From a virus: a stretch of 64,000 bases of DNA. The position numbers and the translations under genes are program-made. A model generated the notes under the pieces. That model saw only the letters and a list, made by a program, of their open reading frames with translations. It did not search any database and was not told the DNA's origin. Below, piece by piece: positions 27,868 through 38,236 of this stretch (positions are counted from its first letter, which is position 1; each line of letters opens with the position of its first letter). The DNA lies in IMG/VR virus record IMGVR_UViG_3300027798_003516, positions 1 to 64,000 of that record, one strand, 5' to 3'.

Positions 27868-28629
27868 ATGAGAAAACAGCAAAAACGAGTCCACCAGGAC
27901 CGTAATTCGGCGTTTGATGGTAACGCAGTCATCGATTTAAATCATTATAGAGATACAGATCCGAGAGATTTGAAACCTTCCAAGTACAAGCGAGTTGAAA
28001 TAGTACCTCGAAATTTACGACAAGAAGATTATCTAGCACACTTAGAAAACCCCGGTAAAGATATGGTATTTGCACTAGGGCCTGCGGGCACTGGCAAAAC
28101 CCTTATTGCTACCTTATGGGCAGTTAAGCAGTTGAAGGCAGGTGCAGTAGAGCGCATAGTTATTACCAGACCAGCAGTCAGTGTTGATGAACAACACGGC
28201 TTCCTACCAGGTGATTTAATGAGCAAAATGGCACCATGGACCCGTCCTGTGTTTGATGTGTTTCGAGAGTATTGGAATACAAAACAAATAGAAGGTATGA
28301 TAACCGAAGGCACAATAGAAGTTGCTCCTCTAGCCTACATGCGTGGTCGTACATTTAAAGATAGCGTTATCATTGCAGACGAAATGCAAAACGCCACACA
28401 AAGCCAGATGAAAATGCTGTTGACTCGTATCGGAGATAATAGTAAGTTTGTCATAACCGGAGATCTTGAACAACATGATCGTGGTTATGAAAACAATGGT
28501 CTAAAAGACTTTATGGAAAAGATACTTGACGGTAACAAATCCAATAGGCTTGCCATCGTTAAATTTGAGATTGGCCATGTTGAAAGACATCCGGCTGTTG
28601 CTCAAGTATTAAGAATATACGGAGATTAA
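27868..28629 (+). CDS. phoH: PhoH-family ATPase
   Basis: GPAGTGKT, GFLPG, YMRGRT, DEMQN, TRIG, GDLEQHD. Confidence 0.95.
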   Translation: MRKQQKRVHQDRNSAFDGNAVIDLNHYRDTDPRDLKPSKYKRVEIVPRNLRQEDYLAHLENPGKDMVFALGPAGTGKTLIATLWAVKQLKAGAVERIVITRPAVSVDEQHGFLPGDLMSKMAPWTRPVFDVFREYWNTKQIEGMITEGTIEVAPLAYMRGRTFKDSVIIADEMQNATQSQMKMLLTRIGDNSKFVITGDLEQHDRGYENNGLKDFMEKILDGNKSNRLAIVKFEIGHVERHPAVAQVLRIYGD

Positions 28630-28658
28630 ATTTAGTAGGGGGAAACCCCTACTAAATA
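28630..28658 (+). terminator. hairpin after phoH whose 3' arm contains a CTAAATA box
   Basis: TTTAGTAGGGG-GAAA-CCCCTACTAAA. Confidence 0.6.
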
Positions 28659-28662
28659 CAGT

Positions 28663-29376
28663 ATGATAGATATTAATACTGTTGTCTACCAACTGCCTAT
28701 TGAAGTAGATTTTGCCCAGCTTTATAAAGAGGCATCAATAATATTTCAAACTTCCTTGCGGTCACAATTGCAAAAGAGCGAATCGGCTGGATTCAGTATT
28801 TCTGTCACTGGTAAGCCCCCAGACGAACGATTACATCGTTGGTATGATCACGCCAATGGGGACATGAAAATAACCAAAGATGCTGTCACTGGAGAACTGC
28901 TTACAAAAGACTTTGCCAAATATACCACCGGGTTTCCGGGCCCTTTTAGGGAAGTAAATTCATATTATGAAAATGGTACTAGTGATCGAGATTTAACTCA
29001 ATGGCATCCAACCATGATTGACAGCGAAATGTTTCAACTCAAAGAGCGGATAGCTTCTTATTTTAACATACCCAGTGACCTTAGATGTAGAATAAGCCGT
29101 ATATATGGAAAATTTTCTATTGGCAAACATGCTGATCCACATACCCCCTGGAGAGTGCATGTAAATTTAAAAACTGGACCCAAATCACATTGGAAATTTT
29201 ATGACGTTGAAAACAATGAAAGTGTTGAGTGGTTTCAACCAACTGGATCAGTTTGGTTAGTCAGAACTGGCAATGTTCAACACGAAGTTGTCGTGCCGCT
29301 GGGTGAAACTAGAATTCAATGTTTTTACCATATCTGGCAAAGAGACCTTGGTCCCAATTACCACCAGATAGCGTAG
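28663..29376 (+). CDS. Fe(II)/2OG oxygenase-like cupin (AspH-like)
   Basis: KHAD...RVHVNL...VQHEV...R. Confidence 0.7.
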   Translation: MIDINTVVYQLPIEVDFAQLYKEASIIFQTSLRSQLQKSESAGFSISVTGKPPDERLHRWYDHANGDMKITKDAVTGELLTKDFAKYTTGFPGPFREVNSYYENGTSDRDLTQWHPTMIDSEMFQLKERIASYFNIPSDLRCRISRIYGKFSIGKHADPHTPWRVHVNLKTGPKSHWKFYDVENNESVEWFQPTGSVWLVRTGNVQHEVVVPLGETRIQCFYHIWQRDLGPNYHQIA

Positions 29377-30173
29377 TCTTTGTACTTTTTTACACTACGA
29401 GCCAGTAGCTCTGCATATTCTTTTGGACGAACTCGGCAAATAACAAAACCAGTTACACGACTATCAGTGTCACCTTCGGGGACTGCTTCGACACCGTGAG
29501 CGGCATGTGTAGTCGTCAGGTGAAATGGAAAGCGCGGACACGGGTACTTTCCGTAAACTTTTTCATCTTCTACAAAGTCTGACCATGGTAACTGCTTGAC
29601 AGTTCCGTCTGCGTTCCTGGTCAAGTTGAGCAATCTCTTTGCTGATGGATTCTTAGCTTTCTGAAAGAAAATTCTAGCATTGCTACGATTAACTGCATAG
29701 AATCGTAAACCAAACCATACATCTGGGTCTGTGTGAATACCAACATCTGTTCCTGCTTTTTGATTCAGCAAACTCATTGTGTAAAATTCACTAACAGGTA
29801 AACTTTCAAAGTAAGCGGCCAGCTCTGGCAACCATTCTTTAAATTCTGGGTAGTATTCCCATCCGTCATTGGCAAAGTCACTACGCATTAAATGCAACAG
29901 GCGCCAAGGATATGTGTCCTTTTCTTTTGACCAGCTTGCTGTATATCTTAGCCAAGGATGATCCAATGGGATAGGACCGGTTGCTCCAGACACAGATCCA
30001 GCCAAGGTGCCTCGATCTCTTTCGTCACGCATGGCAATATATGCAAACAGGCGTGCCTCATCAATTTCTGGAGGCTCTGGCAAATCCAACGGACAGAAGA
30101 TTAGACCCTTGTAGGGTTCAAGTTCTTTTGGAAATTCTTGCAGTAGCGATGGGTCTCTAAACTGTTGTGCCAT
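29358..30173 (-). CDS. Fe(II)/2OG oxygenase-like cupin
   Basis: IHTD...AAHGV...SR. Confidence 0.6.
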   Translation of the reverse strand: MAQQFRDPSLLQEFPKELEPYKGLIFCPLDLPEPPEIDEARLFAYIAMRDERDRGTLAGSVSGATGPIPLDHPWLRYTASWSKEKDTYPWRLLHLMRSDFANDGWEYYPEFKEWLPELAAYFESLPVSEFYTMSLLNQKAGTDVGIHTDPDVWFGLRFYAVNRSNARIFFQKAKNPSAKRLLNLTRNADGTVKQLPWSDFVEDEKVYGKYPCPRFPFHLTTTHAAHGVEAVPEGDTDSRVTGFVICRVRPKEYAELLARSVKKYKDYAIWW

Positions 30174-30741
30174 TTATAATTTTGTATACCTCGTTCCAAG
30201 TATTTACTCTAATCACCGAATCAGTGTAAGACAAATTATGATTGTTTGTCATTAATAATGGGCGTAGTCCATACTTAAATCCAAGCTCAGCATTGCTGGG
30301 TTTGTCTTCAATCCAATACAAGTTTGAATCTGTATAGTCAACCAGCTTTAGACCTTTGTCTCCATGCAATGGCAAAATGTGTAGCTCATCAACGGCATCT
30401 TGTCCAAATACCCGGTCTAAATTACTCTTCCGAAGGCCATAGGTCCAAGGATGATCGCCGGCAGTTGTAATCACAACAATCTTCCAATTCTCATTTTTCA
30501 ATTGTGTAATATATTCAACACTATCTTTGAATGGAGTCAATGACTCAAAGTCGCTGGAAGCATTGAACTTGGCAATCAATGCAGAGCCTGCCGCTGGACT
30601 AATGTTATATTGCTCGCTGGTGCTGTAAGCATTGACCGCAGTATCTCTTAATTGATATCCTAGTCGTTTTGCAAATGCTCTAAACTTGGTTTCCCAGTCT
30701 AATAGTACTCCGTCACAGTCTGTCAGCAGTATCTTATCCAC
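30157..30741 (-). CDS. HAD-family 5'(3')-deoxyribonucleotidase-like protein
   Basis: DCDGVL, ITT, WIEDK. Confidence 0.8.
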   Translation of the reverse strand: MDKILLTDCDGVLLDWETKFRAFAKRLGYQLRDTAVNAYSTSEQYNISPAAGSALIAKFNASSDFESLTPFKDSVEYITQLKNENWKIVVITTAGDHPWTYGLRKSNLDRVFGQDAVDELHILPLHGDKGLKLVDYTDSNLYWIEDKPSNAELGFKYGLRPLLMTNNHNLSYTDSVIRVNTWNEVYKIINGTTV

Positions 30742-31660
30742 GTCTCGATAATCTCTCTAGTTCAACAAATGTTGCGCTCAGGTTGATCTCTGGATCTGCT
30801 ACCAGTCCATGATTGACCAATCCTTTGCGAATTAATAGCAAAGCTTCATCTTGTGTATCTACATCGTTGCCCCAGAAGTCCAAGTTACGATACATGAAGC
30901 GATACATGTCCTGATACTCTTCTAAACTAATTTGTTTAATGATCAGTTGCCGAGCTTCTTTGATTCTACCCTGGCGGAACAGATCAACCATTGCAATCTT
31001 ATAGTCACTCTCTGCATCTTCTTGCTTGGGTGATTCAAGACGACCACTGGTACTACGCATCTGTACAGTATTAATTGCCTTACGCAAATCTGGATAGCAG
31101 GTCTTTACATAAGTTTGTAAAGTCTCAGCATCTAGTTCAACACCCTCACCTACTAGAATCTCAGCCAGTCTGCGAGTAAATTGAGTTTCATCCAGTGTTC
31201 TAAATGTAATTGTTTGCAAGCGACTGTGCAGGGCTGGAATAATCTTGTTGGGATAGTTACAGGTTAGAATAAACCTAACACCCTCATGATACTGTTCAAG
31301 CATGCCACGCAAGATGCCCTGTGCTGGTGGCGTAATGTAATCTGCTTCATCTAGCAGTACAACCTTAAACGGACCATTGGCCATTGTACTACAGAAATTG
31401 GCAATCTTGTTTCTTAAGAAGTCAACACCATTGTCTCTACTTGCATTAATGTGCATGAACTCGCTGGGGTCTACACCCAGCTCATTGACTAAAACTTTTG
31501 CCAGTGTAGTCTTGCCTGCGCCGGCATTGCCTGCCAACAACAGATGTGGAATATACTGATCTTTTACCCAGGTTTCTACCATGTGCTTGGTATCTTTATC
31601 AATCCATACATAATCTTTGATTGATACTGGTCGGTACTTCTCTACCCATAATTCTTTCAT
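30734..31660 (-). CDS. clamp loader AAA+ subunit (RFC small/gp44-like)
   Basis: LWVEKYRP, GNAGAGKT, LDEAD, ILTCNY, SRL. Confidence 0.92.
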   Translation of the reverse strand: MKELWVEKYRPVSIKDYVWIDKDTKHMVETWVKDQYIPHLLLAGNAGAGKTTLAKVLVNELGVDPSEFMHINASRDNGVDFLRNKIANFCSTMANGPFKVVLLDEADYITPPAQGILRGMLEQYHEGVRFILTCNYPNKIIPALHSRLQTITFRTLDETQFTRRLAEILVGEGVELDAETLQTYVKTCYPDLRKAINTVQMRSTSGRLESPKQEDAESDYKIAMVDLFRQGRIKEARQLIIKQISLEEYQDMYRFMYRNLDFWGNDVDTQDEALLLIRKGLVNHGLVADPEINLSATFVELERLSRRG

Positions 31661-31896
31661 TTAGTTTCCTTTGGTACCTTTGTCATTGTAGGCTTTGGCT
31701 GTTCTTCTATGTGCGGCTCAATGAAAGTTGGACTTGGTCCAGTCATCATTGGAAACAGGTAATGTGTGAAAGTAACTGGTTTCCAATACTTTGCAAATAA
31801 ATTGTTAACCACCAAGATGGCCATTACAATTAAAATTAAGCCAATTCCTGTTAGAATTGTACATGCTAAAAATACGCCTGCTGATTCTACTGTCAT
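31657..31896 (-). CDS. small membrane protein (paralogue of 54868-55107)
   Basis: TM helix followed by NN..KYWKPV. Confidence 0.6.
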   Translation of the reverse strand: MTVESAGVFLACTILTGIGLILIVMAILVVNNLFAKYWKPVTFTHYLFPMMTGPSPTFIEPHIEEQPKPTMTKVPKETK

Positions 31897-31916
31897 ATAA
31901 TTACTTTCTTTGTTGA

Positions 31917-32120
31917 TTACCAATTGCTCACATCTGTGATATCAATTACTGTGTCCTCTGGATCAAAGGTTTGAAATTTTACCAACAAGCCTAAACCGAT
32001 TCCAGAATCTGCCATCCAACTAAGTTTAAAATTTTGAACTTCTGGATGCAACTGCAATAATTCGTTTAACTTTTCAATTTGTTCCCTAGTTAACACAATT
32101 GAATCTCTTAGATTACTCAT
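31917..32120 (-). CDS. hypothetical protein
   Basis: ORF; SGIG and DITDVSNW motifs. Confidence 0.6.
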   Translation of the reverse strand: MSNLRDSIVLTREQIEKLNELLQLHPEVQNFKLSWMADSGIGLGLLVKFQTFDPEDTVIDITDVSNW

Positions 32121-32341
32121 GCTATCTCCTCATTGTTATCTTCTTTTGCGGCCTCTAGCAATCGTATAAGCGAGTTTACGCCGGCTTCTGACATGGTTAA
32201 TGTGGTATATCCTATTCGCAAGGTGATAGAACCATCAAGTGTTTTACCAACTTGGTATACTGGGCCTTCGTCGGCCTTGGGCACTTCAACTGGCTTGATC
32301 TCTGGCATGATATATTCTGGCTTTTTAAAAAAATCAAACAT
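32117..32341 (-). CDS. hypothetical protein
   Basis: ORF in operon. Confidence 0.55.
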   Translation of the reverse strand: MFDFFKKPEYIMPEIKPVEVPKADEGPVYQVGKTLDGSITLRIGYTTLTMSEAGVNSLIRLLEAAKEDNNEEIA

Positions 32342-32345
32342 TGAA

Positions 32346-32591
32346 TTAGTATCCCTGTAACTTGTTTAGTATAACAGTTTCTTTGTGTTCTTGCAACCAG
32401 GCATCTTCACCATAAAACTCGGGGCACTTGTTTAGCTGTCGCTGTGCTTCCCAAAATATCTCGTACAGTTTTTGTTTCTGACCCCATTGGTAATATCCAT
32501 CCATGTGTGGGTCAGTGCAGTTATATCCAAGTTTCTGAATATCCCAAACTATGTCATTAAGGCTTACTTCTGAAGACATTTTTAATTGCAT
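32346..32591 (-). CDS. hypothetical protein
   Basis: ORF in operon. Confidence 0.55.
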   Translation of the reverse strand: MQLKMSSEVSLNDIVWDIQKLGYNCTDPHMDGYYQWGQKQKLYEIFWEAQRQLNKCPEFYGEDAWLQEHKETVILNKLQGY

Positions 32592-32739
32592 TAAAAAGAT
32601 TGAGGAACCTGGCCTTGTAAGGATCGTTTATAATTTGATCTGCTAGACTAGGGTGATGGGGACAGCGTCCTTGCCGCCAATTGCATTGCGGCGAATATAT
32701 GTCACCGCATGTTGTACAACGAGTAGTTTTAGTATCCAT
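32557..32739 (-). CDS. small Cys/His-rich protein
   Basis: CTTC...C..QGRCPH; promoter TTGACA-18-TATACT at 32746-32775. Confidence 0.55.
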   Translation of the reverse strand: MDTKTTRCTTCGDIYSPQCNWRQGRCPHHPSLADQIINDPYKARFLNLFNAIKNVFRSKP

Positions 32740-32777
32740 GTTAATAGTATAACACGAATACTAAACAAATGTCAACT

Positions 32778-33152
32778 TTAATTTGCGCCGAAATCTTCTG
32801 CGCGGTGCATGGTTGGGCTAGTGTCAATGCCCACACCAACAAAGTCATCCATTGGATCAACGTCTGACACAGCCAGCACTTCTTTGTTATCTAAATGAAC
32901 CAATTTCATTGTTTCACCGTTGTGCTCACATTCGAACTGTCGGCTCCAACGGCCATGTGACACCAATACATATTGGCCTGGAGTGACCCAATCAATGCCT
33001 TCACCCACTAAACGAACTCGGGCCCAGCGAGGACGGATGCCTCGGTCCTTGCCATTTTCACCTTGAATAATAATGCCACTGGCAGTTACTCGTTGTTCTA
33101 ATCCCAGCAACTCGGCCAAGATGCGTTCTTTCAATGGTCTAATAGTTTTCAT
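32778..33152 (-). CDS. groES: GroES-like co-chaperonin
   Basis: IRPLKERI, TASGIII, VGEG, EVLAV. Confidence 0.75.
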   Translation of the reverse strand: MKTIRPLKERILAELLGLEQRVTASGIIIQGENGKDRGIRPRWARVRLVGEGIDWVTPGQYVLVSHGRWSRQFECEHNGETMKLVHLDNKEVLAVSDVDPMDDFVGVGIDTSPTMHRAEDFGAN

Positions 33153-33550
33153 TATAGGCTCGTTGGAGTTGGTTGTGCTTTTGGAGCGACTTGTATACTG
33201 CCGTCACTGTATTCGGTTTCAATGGATTCAAATCCGTCAATTGATGTAATATTTCTAGTGGCAACTACTGTTGGCGTATAGTCGGCTGTCACTGGCGAAT
33301 TCCTAACCGGATTGATGGTGTCATCTGCTTTTAGGCTGACTTGTTTTTCTTGGTTATTTTGTAAGTTTGATACTGCTCTTGAAATACTCTGGCTTGGTAT
33401 TTTTATATTGCCTCTGGCGTCGACAACATCACCTCGTCCATTTAAATTACCGTTGCCAACTGCTGGAGTATCACCGTGCTTGTCTGCAAAAGCACTCATG
33501 TTAAACTCTCGACCCTTGTGGGTCTTGTATCTTGGCGTGTGTTGACTCAT
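33152..33550 (-). CDS. hypothetical protein
   Basis: ORF; AVGN..NGRGD motif. Confidence 0.6.
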   Translation of the reverse strand: MSQHTPRYKTHKGREFNMSAFADKHGDTPAVGNGNLNGRGDVVDARGNIKIPSQSISRAVSNLQNNQEKQVSLKADDTINPVRNSPVTADYTPTVVATRNITSIDGFESIETEYSDGSIQVAPKAQPTPTSL

Positions 33551-34023
33551 CTAATAAACTCCTTAATATCTAAATTGTACTTAATTGGATTGATCTGGTG
33601 CAGTTCGACCAAGTACAACAAGAACGAACTAACGGAACTGCCTCGGCCTACTCCCCAAATAATGTTATTCTCTTTCATTATTCGAACCAGGTAAATCATA
33701 AAACGAAGCATAGGTTCTAAACCACGACTTCTAAATAATTCTAATTCTTCTACTACCCTATGGGCTTCTTCAATTGTACTAATCTTTTCAGCAAAGTATA
33801 TATCTAAATCCAAACTGGCGATATCACCAGGAAGATTCCAATTTTTTAATGCTTCTTCTACTGTCATTGGCAATGGTTGAGAATAAAATGATGGTGCTTG
33901 TCCAAGATCGTTACATCCGTTTATGTAGCGATCGAGTATGCTGGAATTTACAGTCAACTGTCCAGCCTTGTCTTGGTACAGTAATTCTACCAAGTCTTGT
34001 TCATTGATGGTTGTAGTTGGCAT
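33547..34023 (-). CDS. stand-alone fragment of DNA polymerase III alpha (GRGS region)
   Basis: WGVGRGSSVSSFLLYL...INPIKYNL..EF matches the DnaE segment preceding PDIDxD. Confidence 0.8.
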   Translation of the reverse strand: MPTTTINEQDLVELLYQDKAGQLTVNSSILDRYINGCNDLGQAPSFYSQPLPMTVEEALKNWNLPGDIASLDLDIYFAEKISTIEEAHRVVEELELFRSRGLEPMLRFMIYLVRIMKENNIIWGVGRGSSVSSFLLYLVELHQINPIKYNLDIKEFIR

Positions 34024-34024
34024 G

Positions 34025-34255
34025 TCAAGCAATGCTGTCTTTGAATTGATCATTGTCTTTGTTTTCGCTGGCCGCGTAGCTTTGTTTGTAACCCATTTCC
34101 CAGATTGCTTGTTTGATTGCTTCCATGTGACCCAATAATTGCGATAGCACTTCTTGACTTGCTCCGCCCTGCCATGCGGCGTTGTATTTTTTACTAATCA
34201 GGGTTTGTTGAACCATAAGCTCTTCAAATTTCATAGAATAGTATTTGGAATACAT
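34025..34255 (-). CDS. hypothetical protein
   Basis: Start reassigned to MYSKYY after erpA stop. Confidence 0.55.
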   Translation of the reverse strand: MYSKYYSMKFEELMVQQTLISKKYNAAWQGGASQEVLSQLLGHMEAIKQAIWEMGYKQSYAASENKDNDQFKDSIA

Positions 34256-34259
34256 GCTA

Positions 34260-34598
34260 TTAACCTGGATTGAAACTGCTACCGCAACCACAAGTGGATT
34301 GAGCACCTGGATTATCAATTACAAAACTTGAACCAGCAAGATCTTCTTTGTAGTTGATGGTGGCCCCAGTGAGATATGAAATACTCATTGAATCAATGAC
34401 CACTTTGACACCATTCTTTTCAAAATGGAAATCATCTTCGTTTTTCTCTTCGTCAAATGTGAATCCATATTGCATTCCACTACAACCACCACCTTGTACA
34501 AATACTCGCAATGCCACATTGTCACTGATATCTGCTGTTTCTAGCATGATGTCCTTGATCTTTGCATAAGCATCATCTGTAATATTAACTTGTTCCAT
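34260..34598 (-). CDS. erpA: A-type Fe-S carrier ErpA/IscA
   Basis: [16 protein letters not shown]...CGCGSSF. Confidence 0.9.
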   Translation of the reverse strand: MEQVNITDDAYAKIKDIMLETADISDNVALRVFVQGGGCSGMQYGFTFDEEKNEDDFHFEKNGVKVVIDSMSISYLTGATINYKEDLAGSSFVIDNPGAQSTCGCGSSFNPG

Positions 34599-34599
34599 A

Positions 34600-34818
34600 T
34601 TATGACCTCACAATGATTTCGATTAGCTCTTCCTTCTTCTTCCTAGAATTGATGGAAATATTATGCTTTTGAGCATAAGCTACGACTTGTCTTTTAGTTA
34701 GCTGATCTAGCTCTTCCCTGCGATGCCGTGCAGACACAATCAATGGTTCGCTGATCAACGATGCGTTTTCATCCACTTGCTTGCCTAAAAATGATTTAAT
34801 TGTACTCATTGCTGACAT
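34600..34818 (-). CDS. Rho-N/HeH-like small nucleic-acid-binding protein
   Basis: [18 protein letters not shown]...[10 protein letters not shown]; start uncertain. Confidence 0.5.
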   Translation of the reverse strand: MSAMSTIKSFLGKQVDENASLISEPLIVSARHRREELDQLTKRQVVAYAQKHNISINSRKKKEELIEIIVRS

Positions 34819-35086
34819 TTTCTCCGACATGTATTTTTGCAAATAAAGCATCTTCCTTGTCCTCAAATAGTAAAAAGGCCCGTTCTCGGCCAATTATTCC
34901 AAATCCCCAACCACACCAATAATTTGATAACTCTACCATTTTACTCAATACATCATGAGGAATGCCTTGTACTGCTTCCAACTGTCCATCTTCTCTTAGC
35001 ACTGGTATAGCCCAAAACTGTTCAGGTTTTTCGTCCTGAATATGGCTGTAAACTTGATGAAGATCAGCATGTGTTAGTAACCGCAT
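34796..35086 (-). CDS. hypothetical protein
   Basis: Start MRLLTH immediately after iscS stop. Confidence 0.55.
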   Translation of the reverse strand: MRLLTHADLHQVYSHIQDEKPEQFWAIPVLREDGQLEAVQGIPHDVLSKMVELSNYWCGWGFGIIGRERAFLLFEDKEDALFAKIHVGENVSNEYN

Positions 35087-35087
35087 G

Positions 35088-36308
35088 TTAATGGCTTGCC
35101 CACTGTATGGCGTCCAAATCAACACCGTCTTTGTACATTTCCCAAAGTGGACTTAGTTCTCTCAGTCCAGCGATCTTGCGCTGAATCAGTTCAATTGCAA
35201 AGTCTATTTCTTGTTCGGTGGTGTATCGGCCCAGTGTAAACCTTATACTGCTGTGTGCCAGTTCGTCATTACGGCCCAAGGCTCTTAGCACATAACTGGG
35301 TTCAAGACTGGCACTTGTACAGGCCGAACCTGAACTTACTGCCAATTGTTTCAAGGCCATGATCATGCTTTCACCTTCCACATAGTTGAAACTGATGTTG
35401 AGATTGTGTGGCACACGCTGAGTCATGTCTCCGTTGATGAACACTTGCTCAATGGTTTCTAGACCTGCCAGCAGTCGATCACGCAGGATTCTCACTCGGG
35501 CAGTTTCTTCCTGTAAATGTATCTTGGCCAGTCTAAATGCTTCGCCCATGCCCACAATTTGATGTGTGGCCAGGGTGCCTGATCGCATGCCTCGTTCATG
35601 GCCGCCACCGTGTATCTGTGCTTCAATTCTCATTCTGGGCTTGCGGCGCACATACAAGGCACCAATGCCTTTGGGACCGTAAGTCTTATGGGCACTAAAA
35701 CTCATTAGGTCAACTTTTAACAGTTGTAGGTCAATCTCTACCTTGCCCGTGGCCTGCGCCGCATCCACATGGAATGCAATACCTTTTGATCTGGCTAATT
35801 CACCAATCTGTTCAATATCCTGTATTACACCAATTTCGTTGTTGACATAGATCACGCTGATCAAGGTAGTGTCAGGCTGTATGGCCGCAGTCAACTGAGC
35901 CACATCAATCAGGCCATTGGGTAGTACATCAAGATAGGTCACAGTCCAACCATCTCGTTCCAGTTCACGACAAGCATCTAAGGTGGCCTTGTGTTCAGTC
36001 TTTACTGTGATGATGTGTTGCCCTTGGCCTTTTCTAAACTTGGCCGCACCTTTGATGGCAAGATTAATGCTTTCGGTGGCACCACTAGTCCAGACAATTT
36101 CTCTAGGATCTGCGCCCACTAGGTCAGCCACATGTTGTCGGGCCTGTTCTACTGCGGCTTCTGCTGACCAGCCGTAGGCATGACTGCGTGATGCAGGATT
36201 ACCAAACTGCTCACGCATGTAGGGAATCATGGCATCTACCACTAGTGGATCCATGGGAGTGGTTGAACTATAGTCCAGGTAAACTGGAAATTCTGTGTAG
36301 TCTATCAC
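35088..36308 (-). CDS. iscS: cysteine desulfurase IscS
   Basis: [13 protein letters not shown] (PLP lysine), [17 protein letters not shown]. Confidence 0.96.
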   Translation of the reverse strand: MIDYTEFPVYLDYSSTTPMDPLVVDAMIPYMREQFGNPASRSHAYGWSAEAAVEQARQHVADLVGADPREIVWTSGATESINLAIKGAAKFRKGQGQHIITVKTEHKATLDACRELERDGWTVTYLDVLPNGLIDVAQLTAAIQPDTTLISVIYVNNEIGVIQDIEQIGELARSKGIAFHVDAAQATGKVEIDLQLLKVDLMSFSAHKTYGPKGIGALYVRRKPRMRIEAQIHGGGHERGMRSGTLATHQIVGMGEAFRLAKIHLQEETARVRILRDRLLAGLETIEQVFINGDMTQRVPHNLNISFNYVEGESMIMALKQLAVSSGSACTSASLEPSYVLRALGRNDELAHSSIRFTLGRYTTEQEIDFAIELIQRKIAGLRELSPLWEMYKDGVDLDAIQWASH

Positions 36309-36316
36309 AGCTATCC

Positions 36317-36523
36317 TTAAACTGTTCTGAAATGTTTTTGTAACACTTCTAGCTTGTCTTCATACTCTGCAATGTGTGCTATCTCTTTTTCCACAGCCGC
36401 CATCCAATCAGTGTGATCGTGTATGGCCATAGGATTGTTCAGCATGATCTCCACATTCATCTTGTGCTTCAGAATGTTGGCTGAAAAGTTTGCTGTCAAT
36501 GCATCTATTAATTTTATTTTCAT
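36317..36523 (-). CDS. phage hypothetical protein
   Basis: Helical 68-aa ORF. Confidence 0.6.
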   Translation of the reverse strand: MKIKLIDALTANFSANILKHKMNVEIMLNNPMAIHDHTDWMAAVEKEIAHIAEYEDKLEVLQKHFRTV

Positions 36524-36544
36524 TTTAGATATTCTCTATTCAAT

Positions 36545-37390
36545 TTATTGCTGATAAGTTTGAATGCCGGCCAATAACCAACCACCAGAGGATTTTGACT
36601 TGGTCATGTTCCAAACTTCTTCAAATGCCTCAGCTTCTGCTCCCACTGTGTCTTGTATTGTGCCGGCAAATTCCACACTGGCTATGTAATTGACATCAGT
36701 TTCTTCTATGCCCAACATTTTCACTGTCAATGATATCACTGCTGTTCTATATACCTGGGTAGCATCGCGAGATGCAATTTGTTGTTGTATCTCTGTCAAC
36801 ATGGTGTCTGTCATCATACTGCCTAGGGTGGTGATATCTGCCCGGTCCCATGCGCCTTGTAACAACACGAAGTTTTGTTTGGCGGCAGATTCGAAACCTG
36901 CTACATCAAACCCTGCAGGAATGGTCCAAGTGGGGGCCACTGCAACTCCAATCATTGAACCACCTGAGAACCGTGTGGGTTGATCAATTACAGCATTGGT
37001 TCCAGCGCCTTGATAAGCAAGGTCAGGTGAACTGGCCATCATACGCCGACGCATGAACCAACCTATTGCTCCTAACACCACAGCACCAATCAACAGTGCC
37101 ATCATAATATTGCCAAATGCCTCACCCATGCCCAGACTACTGGCCAACCAAGCCAGACCCAAGCCTGCCGCAAGTCCTCCTAGCATAGCACCCCATGGTC
37201 GACTGGGTGCAGGTGCAGGTGCCGCGGTTGGTGGTGTGGCTTGTGCCGGAGGTGTGGCCTGTTTTTTAGTCACATTAGAACTTTGTTGTCCTACGCTTTT
37301 GCCACTACCCATGCGTTTATTACCGGCTTCGGCAATCACACTGGCAAAAGCCATTACGCTTATTAATAAAATTGCAATAAACTTTTTCAT
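36545..37390 (-). CDS. Tim44-like domain membrane protein
   Basis: Signal + KRMGSGKSVG, LGGLAAGLG TM, LQGAWD...EEVW...WLLAGIQ. Confidence 0.88.
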   Translation of the reverse strand: MKKFIAILLISVMAFASVIAEAGNKRMGSGKSVGQQSSNVTKKQATPPAQATPPTAAPAPAPSRPWGAMLGGLAAGLGLAWLASSLGMGEAFGNIMMALLIGAVVLGAIGWFMRRRMMASSPDLAYQGAGTNAVIDQPTRFSGGSMIGVAVAPTWTIPAGFDVAGFESAAKQNFVLLQGAWDRADITTLGSMMTDTMLTEIQQQIASRDATQVYRTAVISLTVKMLGIEETDVNYIASVEFAGTIQDTVGAEAEAFEEVWNMTKSKSSGGWLLAGIQTYQQ

Positions 37391-37391
37391 A

Positions 37392-38039
37392 TTATCTCCT
37401 TGATGCAAGTACTATCTTGCAAATATGCTCCAATCGCTCTATGTGTTCATAGGCTCTCCATGGACTTGTGTCAATGGCAACTACTCCATGTCCCTTTATG
37501 CCCACAATATCAAAAGCAATATTGCCAGCCGTATCCAATTGCAACTGCCGATGACATTGATCCGCAAGCTCTTGACTGATGGGAGGCACATCGCCTACAT
37601 TGGGTGCTACCCGAGTATATCTATTTAATTCTGGAAAGTCTGCACTCACTGTGCTTAGATCAATGCCGGCGTGCATGGCCGCAATACAGTAAGTGGGGTG
37701 AACATGTACAACCACACGAACCTCTCCGGTGTGTTGACCCATTTCTTTTTGCAATCCAAAATGCAATGGCAGTTCTCCACTGGGCTTGAGGTTGGCACTG
37801 ATATCAGTATATGTCAACTCAGTGCTGGCATGATACAGCCTAGGAGGTTGGTCATAATAACCCTTCTCAATGCCAATCTTCTTAAACTGATCTGGCTGTA
37901 GAGTTTGTTTACGGACACCACTGGGAGTGATATAGAAGTGGTCACGGTCGTGATGTCGTATGCTGACATTGCCATCACGACTGGTAATCCAATTACGCTT
38001 GTAAGCGTCTTCTAGCACTTCACAAATGGTTTCTAACAT
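37392..38039 (-). CDS. class II aldolase/adducin family protein
   Basis: GNVS, ITPSG, KPSGELPLH, HVHP, GHG. Confidence 0.88.
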   Translation of the reverse strand: MLETICEVLEDAYKRNWITSRDGNVSIRHHDRDHFYITPSGVRKQTLQPDQFKKIGIEKGYYDQPPRLYHASTELTYTDISANLKPSGELPLHFGLQKEMGQHTGEVRVVVHVHPTYCIAAMHAGIDLSTVSADFPELNRYTRVAPNVGDVPPISQELADQCHRQLQLDTAGNIAFDIVGIKGHGVVAIDTSPWRAYEHIERLEHICKIVLASRR

Positions 38040-38236
38040 TATTCATGACCTTTATGAATCAGCTGATTAACAATATTAAGATCAAACTCTAATTTAGAAA
38101 TTCGATCGCGCATCTGTTGATATTCTTCACTGTGTACATCGCCGTTGGCAACCACAATATCTAAATACATCTCTGCGGCTCGGTCATGTGCAATTTTAAG
38201 CTCGTGTTCTATTAGTACTCTTCTGTCTTTTAACAT
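38039..38236 (-). CDS. hypothetical protein
   Basis: Translationally coupled ORF. Confidence 0.55.
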   Translation of the reverse strand: MLKDRRVLIEHELKIAHDRAAEMYLDIVVANGDVHSEEYQQMRDRISKLEFDLNIVNQLIHKGHE

